64,000 bases of DNA. Source: Sedimentisphaerales bacterium (GTDB lineage: Bacteria; Planctomycetota; Phycisphaerae; Sedimentisphaerales; SM23-30). The stretch lies in NCBI GenBank assembly GCA_963666285.1, contig OY762711.1; one strand, 5' to 3'. The first letter of the stretch is position 1; each line of letters begins with the position of its first letter. Below are positions 41,376 through 50,213 of the stretch, piece after piece. Made by a program: the position numbers and the translations under genes. The notes under the pieces were generated by a model. The model did no database searches and was not told where the DNA came from. It saw nothing but the letters and a program-made list of their open reading frames with translations.

Positions 41376-42122
41376 TTAATTCCTTTTCCAGCCTTCATCT
41401 GCCGGCATTTTCCATGAATTTTCAGTACTTAGCATTTTCTTTTGCAGTAATATACTCATTATTACGCAGAATAATAGCAATGCGGGTAAATTCATTGGCA
41501 TATCTATCAGGTATTGTTTCATCATAGAAGCGAATGGGGTTTGATTCTTCAATATTGCCATTAACCCTATGATAAGCATTGAGCAGCCCTGTACAGAAGT
41601 AAACATCATTACCGTATACTTAAATGAAGAAAAGGCCAAAAACGCTCCTGCTACCATTCCCGCCAGTCCGCCGGCCAGTATCAAATTGTCCATTCCCATA
41701 AAACCTTTCCATAGTGCCGCTCCTATGGCTGCCCCGGCCATTCCTCCCAGGATTGCCACGCAGTATTTCATGAAAGGGTATGTCATTGATACGCAGAATA
41801 TCGCTCCCAATACTCCGCATAATAATATTATATTAGGCTGATTTGACTGGCTGCCCGCATATCTGCCCAGGTATAATCCTAAATACAAAAAGTTCAATGC
41901 CACTAGCAGCCGGAATAGTCGCCATCCGTACAATATGAAAATTGCCGCGATTGTAATAGCACCTAAAGCCTGTATCGATGATACAGAGTCCAGCTTTACC
42001 CAGAGTTCATTAAAATCTGACAATCTTTGCAGGCTTGACGAAAAGTTCTGTGACGTTTCGCCTTCTTCAGCTCCATTTGCCACTTGTGCCAGCAAAGTAA
42101 AATCTAATCCAGTGAAATTCAT
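41376..42122 (-). CDS. Polytopic membrane protein (DUF4203-like)
   Basis: LYGWRLFR motif, Gly-rich TMs. Confidence 0.65.
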   Translation of the reverse strand: MNFTGLDFTLLAQVANGAEEGETSQNFSSSLQRLSDFNELWVKLDSVSSIQALGAITIAAIFILYGWRLFRLLVALNFLYLGLYLGRYAGSQSNQPNIILLCGVLGAIFCVSMTYPFMKYCVAILGGMAGAAIGAALWKGFMGMDNLILAGGLAGMVAGAFLAFSSFKYTVMMFTSVQGCSMLIIGLMAILKNQTPFASMMKQYLIDMPMNLPALLLFCVIMSILLQKKMLSTENSWKMPADEGWKRN

Positions 42123-42137
42123 TTTTGCTGCTCCTTA

Positions 42138-43016
42138 CTATACATTTTCAGAGCTCTCCTTCTTTTGTTTCGATTGTTTCATTCCGCCTGTCATCAACTG
42201 GAATAACCAGCCAAAGGCTACCATTGCTCCGAATACTATTGTCAATACTTTATGGTGGTTTTGTAAATTCGACCAGACTGGCGTTCCTTTTGCTATTATA
42301 GCCAGCATAAGGCCGGTTATCATTGCTGATGAGCCTACTACGCTGCAGCAAAAGCCCATTACTATCAATTTTAGTAATTTTGCCAGGACCAGGCCGATAA
42401 TTCCTCCAACTACGCACCACATAATCAAATAGCCGGCATTTTTACTTACTGTTGGCTTTAATTCATTATATATCTCTTGTAATTTCTGGCCAAATGAGTT
42501 GGCATATTTTCCGGCTTTCAATGCTGTCTGACTGGCTTTATTTAGTTCATCCAGGCGGCTGCCTTCCCCAAAAGGACTTCCGGAGCCAAATAGACCGGTT
42601 CCGTTTGAAGATGCATCTTCATCATACAAGCCGGTCTGGGAACTTTCATCAGATACCCTGGTCAGACCATGTTTGCCGATTGTGTAATCTAAATATCCTG
42701 TTCCAAAAGCAAATGAAAATATCATTATTGCCAATATGAATATTATTACCTGCTGTGCTAGCATCGCAATAAACGCACAAAGGGTTGCTGATATACAAAT
42801 CGTAGCAGCAGGGTGGACATCTATATATGACGATATCATAAAACCGATTGCTGTTCCAATACATGCACCGATAAAGCCGGTTACGGCTTTAAGGTATCTC
42901 AATCCGCCAATCCACAGAAATAAACCGAGGATCATCAGTGTTACACCGGTCAATACCACCGGCGCGGTATTGGCTTCCAGGCATGCCTGTTCTATTTTTA
43001 ATAATTGCTCGTTCAA
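42138..43016 (-). CDS. Polytopic membrane protein (DUF4203-like), probable paralog of neighbour
   Basis: GLFLWIGGLRYLK motif, SVVGS..I.GL segment matching SVQG...IIGL of neighbour. Confidence 0.65.
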   Translation of the reverse strand: MNEQLLKIEQACLEANTAPVVLTGVTLMILGLFLWIGGLRYLKAVTGFIGACIGTAIGFMISSYIDVHPAATICISATLCAFIAMLAQQVIIFILAIMIFSFAFGTGYLDYTIGKHGLTRVSDESSQTGLYDEDASSNGTGLFGSGSPFGEGSRLDELNKASQTALKAGKYANSFGQKLQEIYNELKPTVSKNAGYLIMWCVVGGIIGLVLAKLLKLIVMGFCCSVVGSSAMITGLMLAIIAKGTPVWSNLQNHHKVLTIVFGAMVAFGWLFQLMTGGMKQSKQKKESSENV

Positions 43017-43387
43017 ATCTTACCTATTTTAGCTACTGTTTCTATCTTTACAGATTTTGACCCAATTCATTATATAATATCGGCTTACAGCATAAAATGT
43101 CACCATAATATTAGGTTTTTTTCTCCATTTTAGTCGGCTCTATTACGCTTTTATTGCATTTGCGATTATTTATCAAGACTAATTTATTAATGAAGAATTA
43201 CTATGCCATTGATAACAACAAAAATATGTTCAAAGAAGTCTATGGCAGTTGTTCAAATAGCTCAGAATCTATGATAATGCTAGCAAAACAATTCGGGAGA
43301 CATTACGTCATCTTTCCCCAACTGACTATTTTATATATAGTTACCTCGCTGTGAATTATAAACCTGTTTCCGTTCGCTAGTTTAGTT

Positions 43388-43415
43388 TTGCATTAATATT
43401 CTTTTCGGGTATAAT
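43388..43415 (+). promoter_or_regulatory. Sigma70-type promoter of fbaA
   Basis: TTGCAT-16 bp-TATAAT. Confidence 0.5.
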
Positions 43416-43468
43416 ACCCCAAGTTTGTATTTAATTAGTTTTATTAACTTAACTTATAGAGGCAAAAT

Positions 43469-44530
43469 ATGAGTATCCTAGATATTGTAAAACCAGGCGT
43501 TGTTTCTGGTGAAGACGTGCAAAAAGTTTTCGCTTATGCGAAAGAAAATGGTTTTGCACTTCCTGCGGTTAATTGTGTTGGAACAGACTCTTGTAATGCT
43601 GTAATGGAAGCTGGAGCAAAGGCTAAAGCTCCTGTTATCATTCAGTTTTCTAATGGTGGTGCCAACTTCGTTGCAGGTAAAACTTGCGATAACGGTAAAG
43701 TTCTTGGCGCTATCTCTGGTGCTATTCACGTTCACACTGTTGCTGAAGCTTATGGCATCCCTGTAATCTTGCACACAGACCATGCTGCTAAAAAGCTTCT
43801 GCCCTGGATTGATGCACTGTTAGATGAAGGCGAAAAGTATTTCGCTGAAACTGGCAAACCACTATTCTCTTCTCATATGCTTGACCTTTCAGAAGAAACT
43901 CTGGAAGAAAACATTGAAATCAGCTGCAAATATCTTGAGCGTATGGCCAAGATCGGTATGACTCTTGAAATCGAGCTGGGCTGTACTGGTGGCGAAGAAG
44001 ATGGTGTAGATAACTCTGATATGGATGAATCTAAGCTTTACACTCAGCCTGCTGACGTTGCTTACGCTTACGAAAAAATGATCAAAATCAGCCCTAATTT
44101 CACAATTGCGGCTTCTTTTGGTAATGTTCACGGTGTTTACAAGCCAGGTAATGTTAAACTTACTCCAACTATCCTGCGTGATTCCCAGACTGAAGTTTCT
44201 AAGAAGTTCGGCCTTGGCGATAACCCGCTGGACTTCGTATTCCATGGCGGTTCTGGTTCAACTCAGGCAGAGATCAAAGAAGCTATCTCTTACGGCGTTA
44301 TCAAAATGAATATCGATACAGATACCCAGTGGGCAACCTGGAAGGGTGTTCTTGATTTCTATAATGAAAATAAAGATTATCTTCAAGGTCAGCTTGGCAA
44401 TCCTGAAGGTGCCGATAAGCCTAACAAGAAGTTCTACGACCCACGCGTATGGCTTCGTAAAGGTCAGGAAAGCATGGTTGCTCGCATTGTAGAAGCATGC
44501 GATAGCCTTAACGCTACCGGCAAACTATAA
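43469..44530 (+). CDS. fbaA: Class II fructose-bisphosphate aldolase (type A)
   Basis: FALPAVN, HTDH, SSHMLDLS, GGEEDG, GNVHGVY, FHGGSG, KMNIDTD, YDPR. Confidence 0.97.
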   Translation: MSILDIVKPGVVSGEDVQKVFAYAKENGFALPAVNCVGTDSCNAVMEAGAKAKAPVIIQFSNGGANFVAGKTCDNGKVLGAISGAIHVHTVAEAYGIPVILHTDHAAKKLLPWIDALLDEGEKYFAETGKPLFSSHMLDLSEETLEENIEISCKYLERMAKIGMTLEIELGCTGGEEDGVDNSDMDESKLYTQPADVAYAYEKMIKISPNFTIAASFGNVHGVYKPGNVKLTPTILRDSQTEVSKKFGLGDNPLDFVFHGGSGSTQAEIKEAISYGVIKMNIDTDTQWATWKGVLDFYNENKDYLQGQLGNPEGADKPNKKFYDPRVWLRKGQESMVARIVEACDSLNATGKL

Positions 44531-44552
44531 TTGATAGTTTATCGAAAAAATT

Positions 44553-44585
44553 AAAAGCCATGCCATTCCGATGGCGTGGCTTTTT
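44553..44585 (+). terminator. Intrinsic terminator of fbaA
   Basis: gccatgccat-tccg-atggcgtggc-T5. Confidence 0.85.
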
Positions 44586-44591
44586 CTTTAA

Positions 44592-44615
44592 GTAGCACAA
44601 GCGTCCCCGCTTGTG
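44592..44615 (+). repeat. GTAG-type REP-like element
   Basis: GTAG immediately followed by cacaagcg-tccc-cgcttgtg palindrome. Confidence 0.65.
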
Positions 44616-44746
44616 AATTATTTATCTTCGGCGCAGCCGAAACCTTAAAGAGTCTTTTAGGGCGAAATATGTGGTTTGAAATTTTTAAAATAACGTCGCG
44701 CAGCGACACCTCAAGTAATTGTTGTTAACTCCAAAAAGGTGTTCGT

Positions 44747-45877
44747 ATGAAAAAATATTACCTGATTATTCTTGCTATCTTGGTATCCTCTACCTATATC
44801 TCTGCCCAAACTACCTCTATCACCAGCTACGAACTATTTCTCGACACCGACGGCAACCACATAAACGCCCATGGAGCAGGGGTGCTGTATCATGACGGTG
44901 TTTATTATCTATATGGCGAATACAAAAAGAGATGGGCCAGCGCTCTCGGCGTCAGTTGTTATTCATCCGGCGATCTCTATAACTGGCAGTTCAAAGGCTT
45001 GGCCCTAACAAACATCGACCGACCCGGCCACGATATCCAACCCGGAGCCGTTATCGAACGCCCCAAGGTCATCTACAATGCCAAAACCGGCAAATTCGTC
45101 ATGTGGTTTCATCTGGAACTGCGAGGCAAGGGGTACGAAGCTGCCCGTACCGCTGTTGCCGTTAGTGACTCTCCGGAAGGACCATTCGAGTATATCCGCT
45201 CTCTACGGCCCAATCCTGCCATATGGCCCATGAACTATTCCCAACAGCTTTACAACGCCTACAGGGAAAAATCGAACGGTTCAGATAAAGGTTTTTTCAA
45301 CCCCGGCACAGTCGGCGACTTCCTCGCACGCGACCTCGATTCCGGCCAGATGGCACGTGATATGACCCTTTTTGTGGATGATGATGGCAAAGCCTACCAT
45401 ATCCACGCTTCCGAAGAAAACCAGACTCTCCATATTTGTGAGCTTACCGACGATTATCTCGACTTCTCCGGTCGCTACACCCGCGTTCTGCCCGGCCAGA
45501 GCAACGAAGCCCCGGCAATATGCAAATTCAAAGGCATGTATTACATGATCTCCTCAGGCTGTACCGGTTGGGCACCCAACCAGGCTCGTTCTGCTGTCGC
45601 TCCTACTATCTGGGGACCCTGGACCTATACCGGCAACCCCTGCCAGGGCACCAACCCGCACAATAACTTGGGGCCGGACAAAACCTACGGCGGTCAAAGC
45701 ACATACCTTCTCCCAGTACAGGGCAAAGACAATGCCTTCATCGCTATGTTCGATGTGTGGCGGCCACACAACCAGCAGGACAGCCGCTATCTCTGGCTCC
45801 CCGCCCGCATCAAAGACGGCAAGCTCATCGTCCGCTGGCAATCCAGCTGGAACCTCTCATTTTTCGATCAGCAGTAA
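44747..45877 (+). CDS. Glycoside hydrolase family 43 protein (secreted)
   Basis: Signal peptide, INAHGAG, YYLYGE, IERPKV, RDMTLFVDDDG, EAPA, SGCTGW, QST. Confidence 0.88.
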   Translation: MKKYYLIILAILVSSTYISAQTTSITSYELFLDTDGNHINAHGAGVLYHDGVYYLYGEYKKRWASALGVSCYSSGDLYNWQFKGLALTNIDRPGHDIQPGAVIERPKVIYNAKTGKFVMWFHLELRGKGYEAARTAVAVSDSPEGPFEYIRSLRPNPAIWPMNYSQQLYNAYREKSNGSDKGFFNPGTVGDFLARDLDSGQMARDMTLFVDDDGKAYHIHASEENQTLHICELTDDYLDFSGRYTRVLPGQSNEAPAICKFKGMYYMISSGCTGWAPNQARSAVAPTIWGPWTYTGNPCQGTNPHNNLGPDKTYGGQSTYLLPVQGKDNAFIAMFDVWRPHNQQDSRYLWLPARIKDGKLIVRWQSSWNLSFFDQQ

Positions 45878-45952
45878 TGCAATAGTGTTGCATAAATAAT
45901 GAAAACAAACCATTTATCAGTTTGAGCAGTATAACTATGCTTATCAAGTCAT

Positions 45953-46600
45953 TTAGTATGAGCTGCAAATCTTCTGCATATGCATTTTTAGCGTCTCGAT
46001 TTCTGTAAAGATCATATCAGGCATAGACTCCTGCAGCTCTGATATATTTGCGGTACTGCTCCACGCGGCTGACCAGATTGCTATTCCCGCATCCCTGGCA
46101 GATTTTATATCACTTGCCGTATCTCCTATATATACTGCTTCTTCAGGCATAAGATTATACTTGGCAAGAACTGCTTGTATCCCTTCAACCTTTCTGGGGC
46201 CTTTAATCCAGCCAGTTTCCACCATATCAAACATATCACTTATGCCGTAAATCTCCAGTGTTATTCTGGCACTCTTATGCCCTTTACCCGTCACCAGTGC
46301 CGCAATCAACTCGCTTGACCTCAAATATTCAAGCAGCTCTACTATCCCGTCAAAAGGGGACATACTCATGCTGTGCAGTTCCTGGTAGTATTTCAAATAA
46401 TCTTTTACTCCTTGTTCATAATGGTCTGGTATCAGCTGTTGGATCGTTCCCTCTTCGCTTGGACCGAATGTTGCAATTATCTCATTGTCTGACAGCTTCT
46501 TGCCTGCCAGTGGTTCGATTGACTTCTTGAATGCTTCTATACATAGCGGCAGTGTGTCACCTAATGTGCCGTCCAGGTCAAAAATTACTGCTTTTATCAT
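45953..46600 (-). CDS. HAD-family hydrolase (phosphoglycolate phosphatase-like)
   Basis: FDLDGTL, VTGK, YIGDTASD. Confidence 0.9.
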   Translation of the reverse strand: MIKAVIFDLDGTLGDTLPLCIEAFKKSIEPLAGKKLSDNEIIATFGPSEEGTIQQLIPDHYEQGVKDYLKYYQELHSMSMSPFDGIVELLEYLRSSELIAALVTGKGHKSARITLEIYGISDMFDMVETGWIKGPRKVEGIQAVLAKYNLMPEEAVYIGDTASDIKSARDAGIAIWSAAWSSTANISELQESMPDMIFTEIETLKMHMQKICSSY

Positions 46601-46649
46601 CTACTTTATCTTTCTTTATTTCCTTTTGCTTTTTCTATTCTTAGTTACT

Positions 46650-46790
46650 GTTTACTTTCGCACTTTTAAAGTTGCAATAATGAAATGCCTCTGGTAAATC
46701 GCCTAAAAGGGTCTTCCTGCAACGCTTTGAATTTTAAAAAATGTGAGACGAAAGTCGAACACCTTAAATTTTCACTATTCATTTTTCATT
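46650..46790 (+). repeat. Interspersed palindromic repeat, copy 7 (left arm fused to hairpin-ACACC tail)
   Basis: gtttactttcgcacttttaaagttgcaataa...ctggtaaatcgcctaaaagggtcttcctgcaacgctttgaatt, then gtgagacgaaagtcgaacaccttaaattttcac. Confidence 0.85.
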
Positions 46791-48699
46791 TCGCGATGCT
46801 TGCCACTTCCTCATCGCTTCTCGCTTCTAACTTTTCTATCTCTTTACGTATCTCCGGAAAGATAATATTCTCTACCATAGTATAAATAATATTCGCTAAA
46901 GCTCCGGCAACAACACCATCCGTCTCTAAATGAAACATGCCGCCGTCCGCCAGCCAGCAAATATCAGCCGGCATATTTTTGTACAAATGTGAAAAATCAA
47001 ATTCTTCCGAATTATCCTTATTCAACCTGGAGGTAATGTCTTTTTTCAATTCATATGGTAAATATTTATTTAATGCCGTATTCAATGTTGCCCATAAGGT
47101 TTCGGAATCAAGATAATGCATATAATATATATTTTCAGGAAGATCTTTCGTTGCCCTAACAAACTTCGGACTTGACAGTATAGACTTCGATATGTCCTGA
47201 GATTGCCATAAGCTGATCATTTCAACTGCTGCCTGTTCGGATGTTGACAAAACAATGTTATTAGCATCAAGAGCAAAAATTGAAGGCTTAATAATATCAG
47301 ATAAAACCGGATATGAAAAAGAATAAAGATCAACCCCGTTACAATCTTTTACAGAAAGATCGACCCTTTCTTTATCCTTAACTTGAGCATTCAGTGCCTG
47401 AATAAACAACCCGGAATCATTGACTCCCAAAATACAAGTGATATTATTATTTCGTAGATTAACCGCATCATCCGCCTTAACAGTAACAAGCATAGCCCAG
47501 GTCAGATTGTTAAATATCCCCTCTAAAAAATCATCACCAACCAATTCTTTGATATTGGCAGCCAAACGCTGCATCTCCTGTGGAGTAATTTCTCCAAACT
47601 TAACAGATGAATTCATTAAAGTGATAAAACTTGTTTTATAATCATAGTTAAATGCTGCCATACCAGTCACATCTGCCGGAATTACAGAAAGCAGCTTACG
47701 GTTAAGTTTTGTTACTTTCTTAAATCTGGGGAAAAAGTTTGAATCAATATTAAAAAATTCTGTTTCGTATAAAAATGCATCTTTTTCTAATTTTACATCA
47801 TAGGCATCTATTACAGTTTGCCTGTCTTTGAAGCTGAATCTGTAATAAGATTTTCCTGATTGCTCCCGAGGCGTCAAGTTGCGATATTTTATAATTTCAT
47901 TTGGCAGCTGATAGCTGTTATTCTTGAACTGGTTTACAACAAATTCGTTGTTTTGCATAAATATAATGTCATCTCCTTGAAAACAATTGCTCTTGAAGCA
48001 TTCAATAGTTTCAGAACGAGACGAGATCGATTTCGCCATAGCTACCAGGCTTTGCTCTACTATATTATCCAAAGTGGCTATCGCAATTATGTATTTGTCA
48101 ATAACACATAAACACAATACCGGACGATGCCGATAAACCATTATATCTCCGGTCAATATTATAACGTTTCCATATTCAGGATATTTAACCACCTCAATAG
48201 CGGTTTTATTGTTTGCGAAGGTATTAAATTCTTTTAATACTTTAATATATTCATTCAGCTTTGCCTGATCTCCCGGGGTAATATAATATACGTAACTATT
48301 TGCACTCTCAATATCACGTGAAGAACTATCAACAACAAGACCAAACAATGAAGGATCTTGCAGCAATTTAAGATCGATAATCTTATCTCGAATCTCTTTA
48401 TATTCGGAAGTTTGCCGATAGTGTTTACTTATTATACTTTCCGGATGTATTGCTTGACTTAGCAGAGACTTAATATATTCATCTTCAAACACATCGTGCA
48501 AAATTGTTTTGTCATAATCATCTGACAAATTATCAGTTCCGCTGCTGGCAATATAAAAAAGGGAATCGTCGGGAGCAAGTGCCGCCAGCTCTTTAGCCAA
48601 AGAACGCGAATCCGGAGATTTAAAAGAGAGGTCAAACTGCATCGCTATCGCGACAGCAACAGTCAAGAAGGTAATAAACCCAAACAACTTCAATTTCAT
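46786..48699 (-). CDS. Hypothetical exported protein (possibly DUF3352-like)
   Basis: Long ORF, signal-like N terminus, LAPDDSLFYI and IPADV repeat-start motifs; family call tentative. Confidence 0.7.
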   Translation of the reverse strand: MKLKLFGFITFLTVAVAIAMQFDLSFKSPDSRSLAKELAALAPDDSLFYIASSGTDNLSDDYDKTILHDVFEDEYIKSLLSQAIHPESIISKHYRQTSEYKEIRDKIIDLKLLQDPSLFGLVVDSSSRDIESANSYVYYITPGDQAKLNEYIKVLKEFNTFANNKTAIEVVKYPEYGNVIILTGDIMVYRHRPVLCLCVIDKYIIAIATLDNIVEQSLVAMAKSISSRSETIECFKSNCFQGDDIIFMQNNEFVVNQFKNNSYQLPNEIIKYRNLTPREQSGKSYYRFSFKDRQTVIDAYDVKLEKDAFLYETEFFNIDSNFFPRFKKVTKLNRKLLSVIPADVTGMAAFNYDYKTSFITLMNSSVKFGEITPQEMQRLAANIKELVGDDFLEGIFNNLTWAMLVTVKADDAVNLRNNNITCILGVNDSGLFIQALNAQVKDKERVDLSVKDCNGVDLYSFSYPVLSDIIKPSIFALDANNIVLSTSEQAAVEMISLWQSQDISKSILSSPKFVRATKDLPENIYYMHYLDSETLWATLNTALNKYLPYELKKDITSRLNKDNSEEFDFSHLYKNMPADICWLADGGMFHLETDGVVAGALANIIYTMVENIIFPEIRKEIEKLEARSDEEVASIAK

Positions 48700-48865
48700 A
48701 ATAGATAATCCTTTATCTAAGTTATTCAAAGTGACCGATTTTACACTTTTTATTGCTGTAACACAATTTTATGCAAATTGTTACATTAATGATTTAATTA
48801 GCTTGCCGCTTTGCGACAAACCTTACCTAATACCTCTCAAACTGGCCATCGGTCAGTTTGAGTAA

Positions 48866-49037
48866 GTTAATTTTCTCAGTTTTTGAATTGCAATAACGAA
48901 TTGCCTTTTGATAATTCGTCTAAAAGGGCCTTTTTGCAACACTTTAAATTTAAACGAAACGTGAGATGCGATGTTGAGCAAAGCGAAATCCCGATGAACA
49001 TCGGCAAACACCTTAATTTTTCACTTTTCTATTCATT
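48866..49037 (+). repeat. Interspersed palindromic repeat, copy 8 (left arm fused to hairpin-ACACC tail)
   Basis: gttaattttctcagtttttgaattgcaataacgaa...tctaaaagggcctttttgcaac, then gtgaga...aaacaccttaatttttcac; same subtype as copy 7. Confidence 0.8.
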
Positions 49038-49040
49038 TAA

Positions 49041-49243
49041 CATCATTACCGGCTCATCAATTCCATTGCCATATAAGAATTCCTGTGCCAGGCATGCTTC
49101 TGAAGCATTATCCATAGAAGCATAATCACCTGCCACTCATCATTATGGTAACACCAAACCGTTTTGTCAACATCTTCATTTTCATCATAGAAAACTGCCA
49201 AAATCCGCCTGCCAAGGGCATCATATTCATATTCAACCAGCAA
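49041..49243 (-). pseudogene. RHS/YD-repeat core fragment, frameshifted
   Basis: YEYDALGRRI...YHNDEWQV in one frame continues as DYASMDNASEACLAQEFLYGNGIDEPVMM in another. Confidence 0.75.
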
Positions 49244-49251
49244 AGAGAACT

Positions 49252-49882
49252 AAAAGGGGTACGTCCCTTTTTCTTTATCCGCGACCATCTGTTCAACCTT
49301 TACTCCCGCACCAACTTTAAAACAAGTCGTCCGCTAATGCGAATTATTCCTGATGTCAACGTACATCAGGACACCTTCACCTCTGGGAACGCTGAGCACC
49401 GGCTCGGCACATTATTTAAAACAGGTCGCGTAAGCGACACCTTCACATCATTGGATTTGCCCAATGATGTGCCAGAGTGCGCAGCACGTATTTCCTGGCA
49501 GCTGGCTGCTCGCCGCTGTTGGCTACATTCCTGTTCTACTGCTCTCCTGTCAACTTTCCAGCGACCTTCCGTCGCTCGGCGTCAGCTTTAGAATAAGGTC
49601 CTGTACCGTACGGTACAAGACACCTCAACTCTTACCTCTTACTTTTACCTGTCTTCCCGCTTCCGCTTCGTTCCCGTCCGTATACCGCCGCACCCATTCA
49701 ACGTTCCGCCGTATATTGCCCGCAGCCCGCAATTCCCCGCCGTTCAAATCCATTCCCCTTTTCACCGCCTTCCACCCGCCGCGCTGCCCCGTATATATTC
49801 CGATTACCTCCCGTCACACATTAATTAGTGGTCGCGAAGCGACACCGCAATTCTTCACTCTCAACTCTTCATTCTTCACTTG
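49252..49882. repeat. Cluster of short REP-like hairpins and low-complexity pyrimidine tracts
   Basis: Inverted repeats at 49252, 49348, 49391, 49425, 49445, 49602 and 49831. Confidence 0.65.
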
Positions 49883-50213
49883 ATTTTTTCAAAGAAAATA
49901 TCATCTCGTTTTTACAACCACCAAAATGCGAAAATCTGAAATCTTTAAAATTATTATCCCGCATTACCCCAACCCTTTACAAATCTTCGGGCCAACCATC
50001 CCGCCACAAAAATCAGCGCACTTTCGACATACCGTCCAACAGTAGAGAGCTAACAAAAAATGAGAACCAACAAAAAACAGCTCTCTCTAAAACATAACAA
50101 CGACGAAAACTTCGTCTTAAACATAAAATATGTTATTGGATTGTAAATTTTTAATATATATCAGTCGATAAACATAGTAATATATAGCGATTACTTAATT
50201 ATAAGGATATATT

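Noticed and set aside
20654..49037. Long repeats as a CRISPR array or canonical integron attC sites
   Set aside because: They are dispersed, too long, have no regular spacers, lack RYYYAAC/GTTRRRY ends, and no cas or intI gene is present.
49145..50097. ORFs of 148, 139 and 89 aa in the hairpin cluster
   Set aside because: Low-complexity translations of palindromes and C-rich tracts with no recognisable domain or RBS.
50040..50120. agagagct...agctctct and gacgaa/ttcgtc hairpins upstream of asnS as a T-box
   Set aside because: No T-box UGGNACC sequence, specifier loop or terminator could be found.
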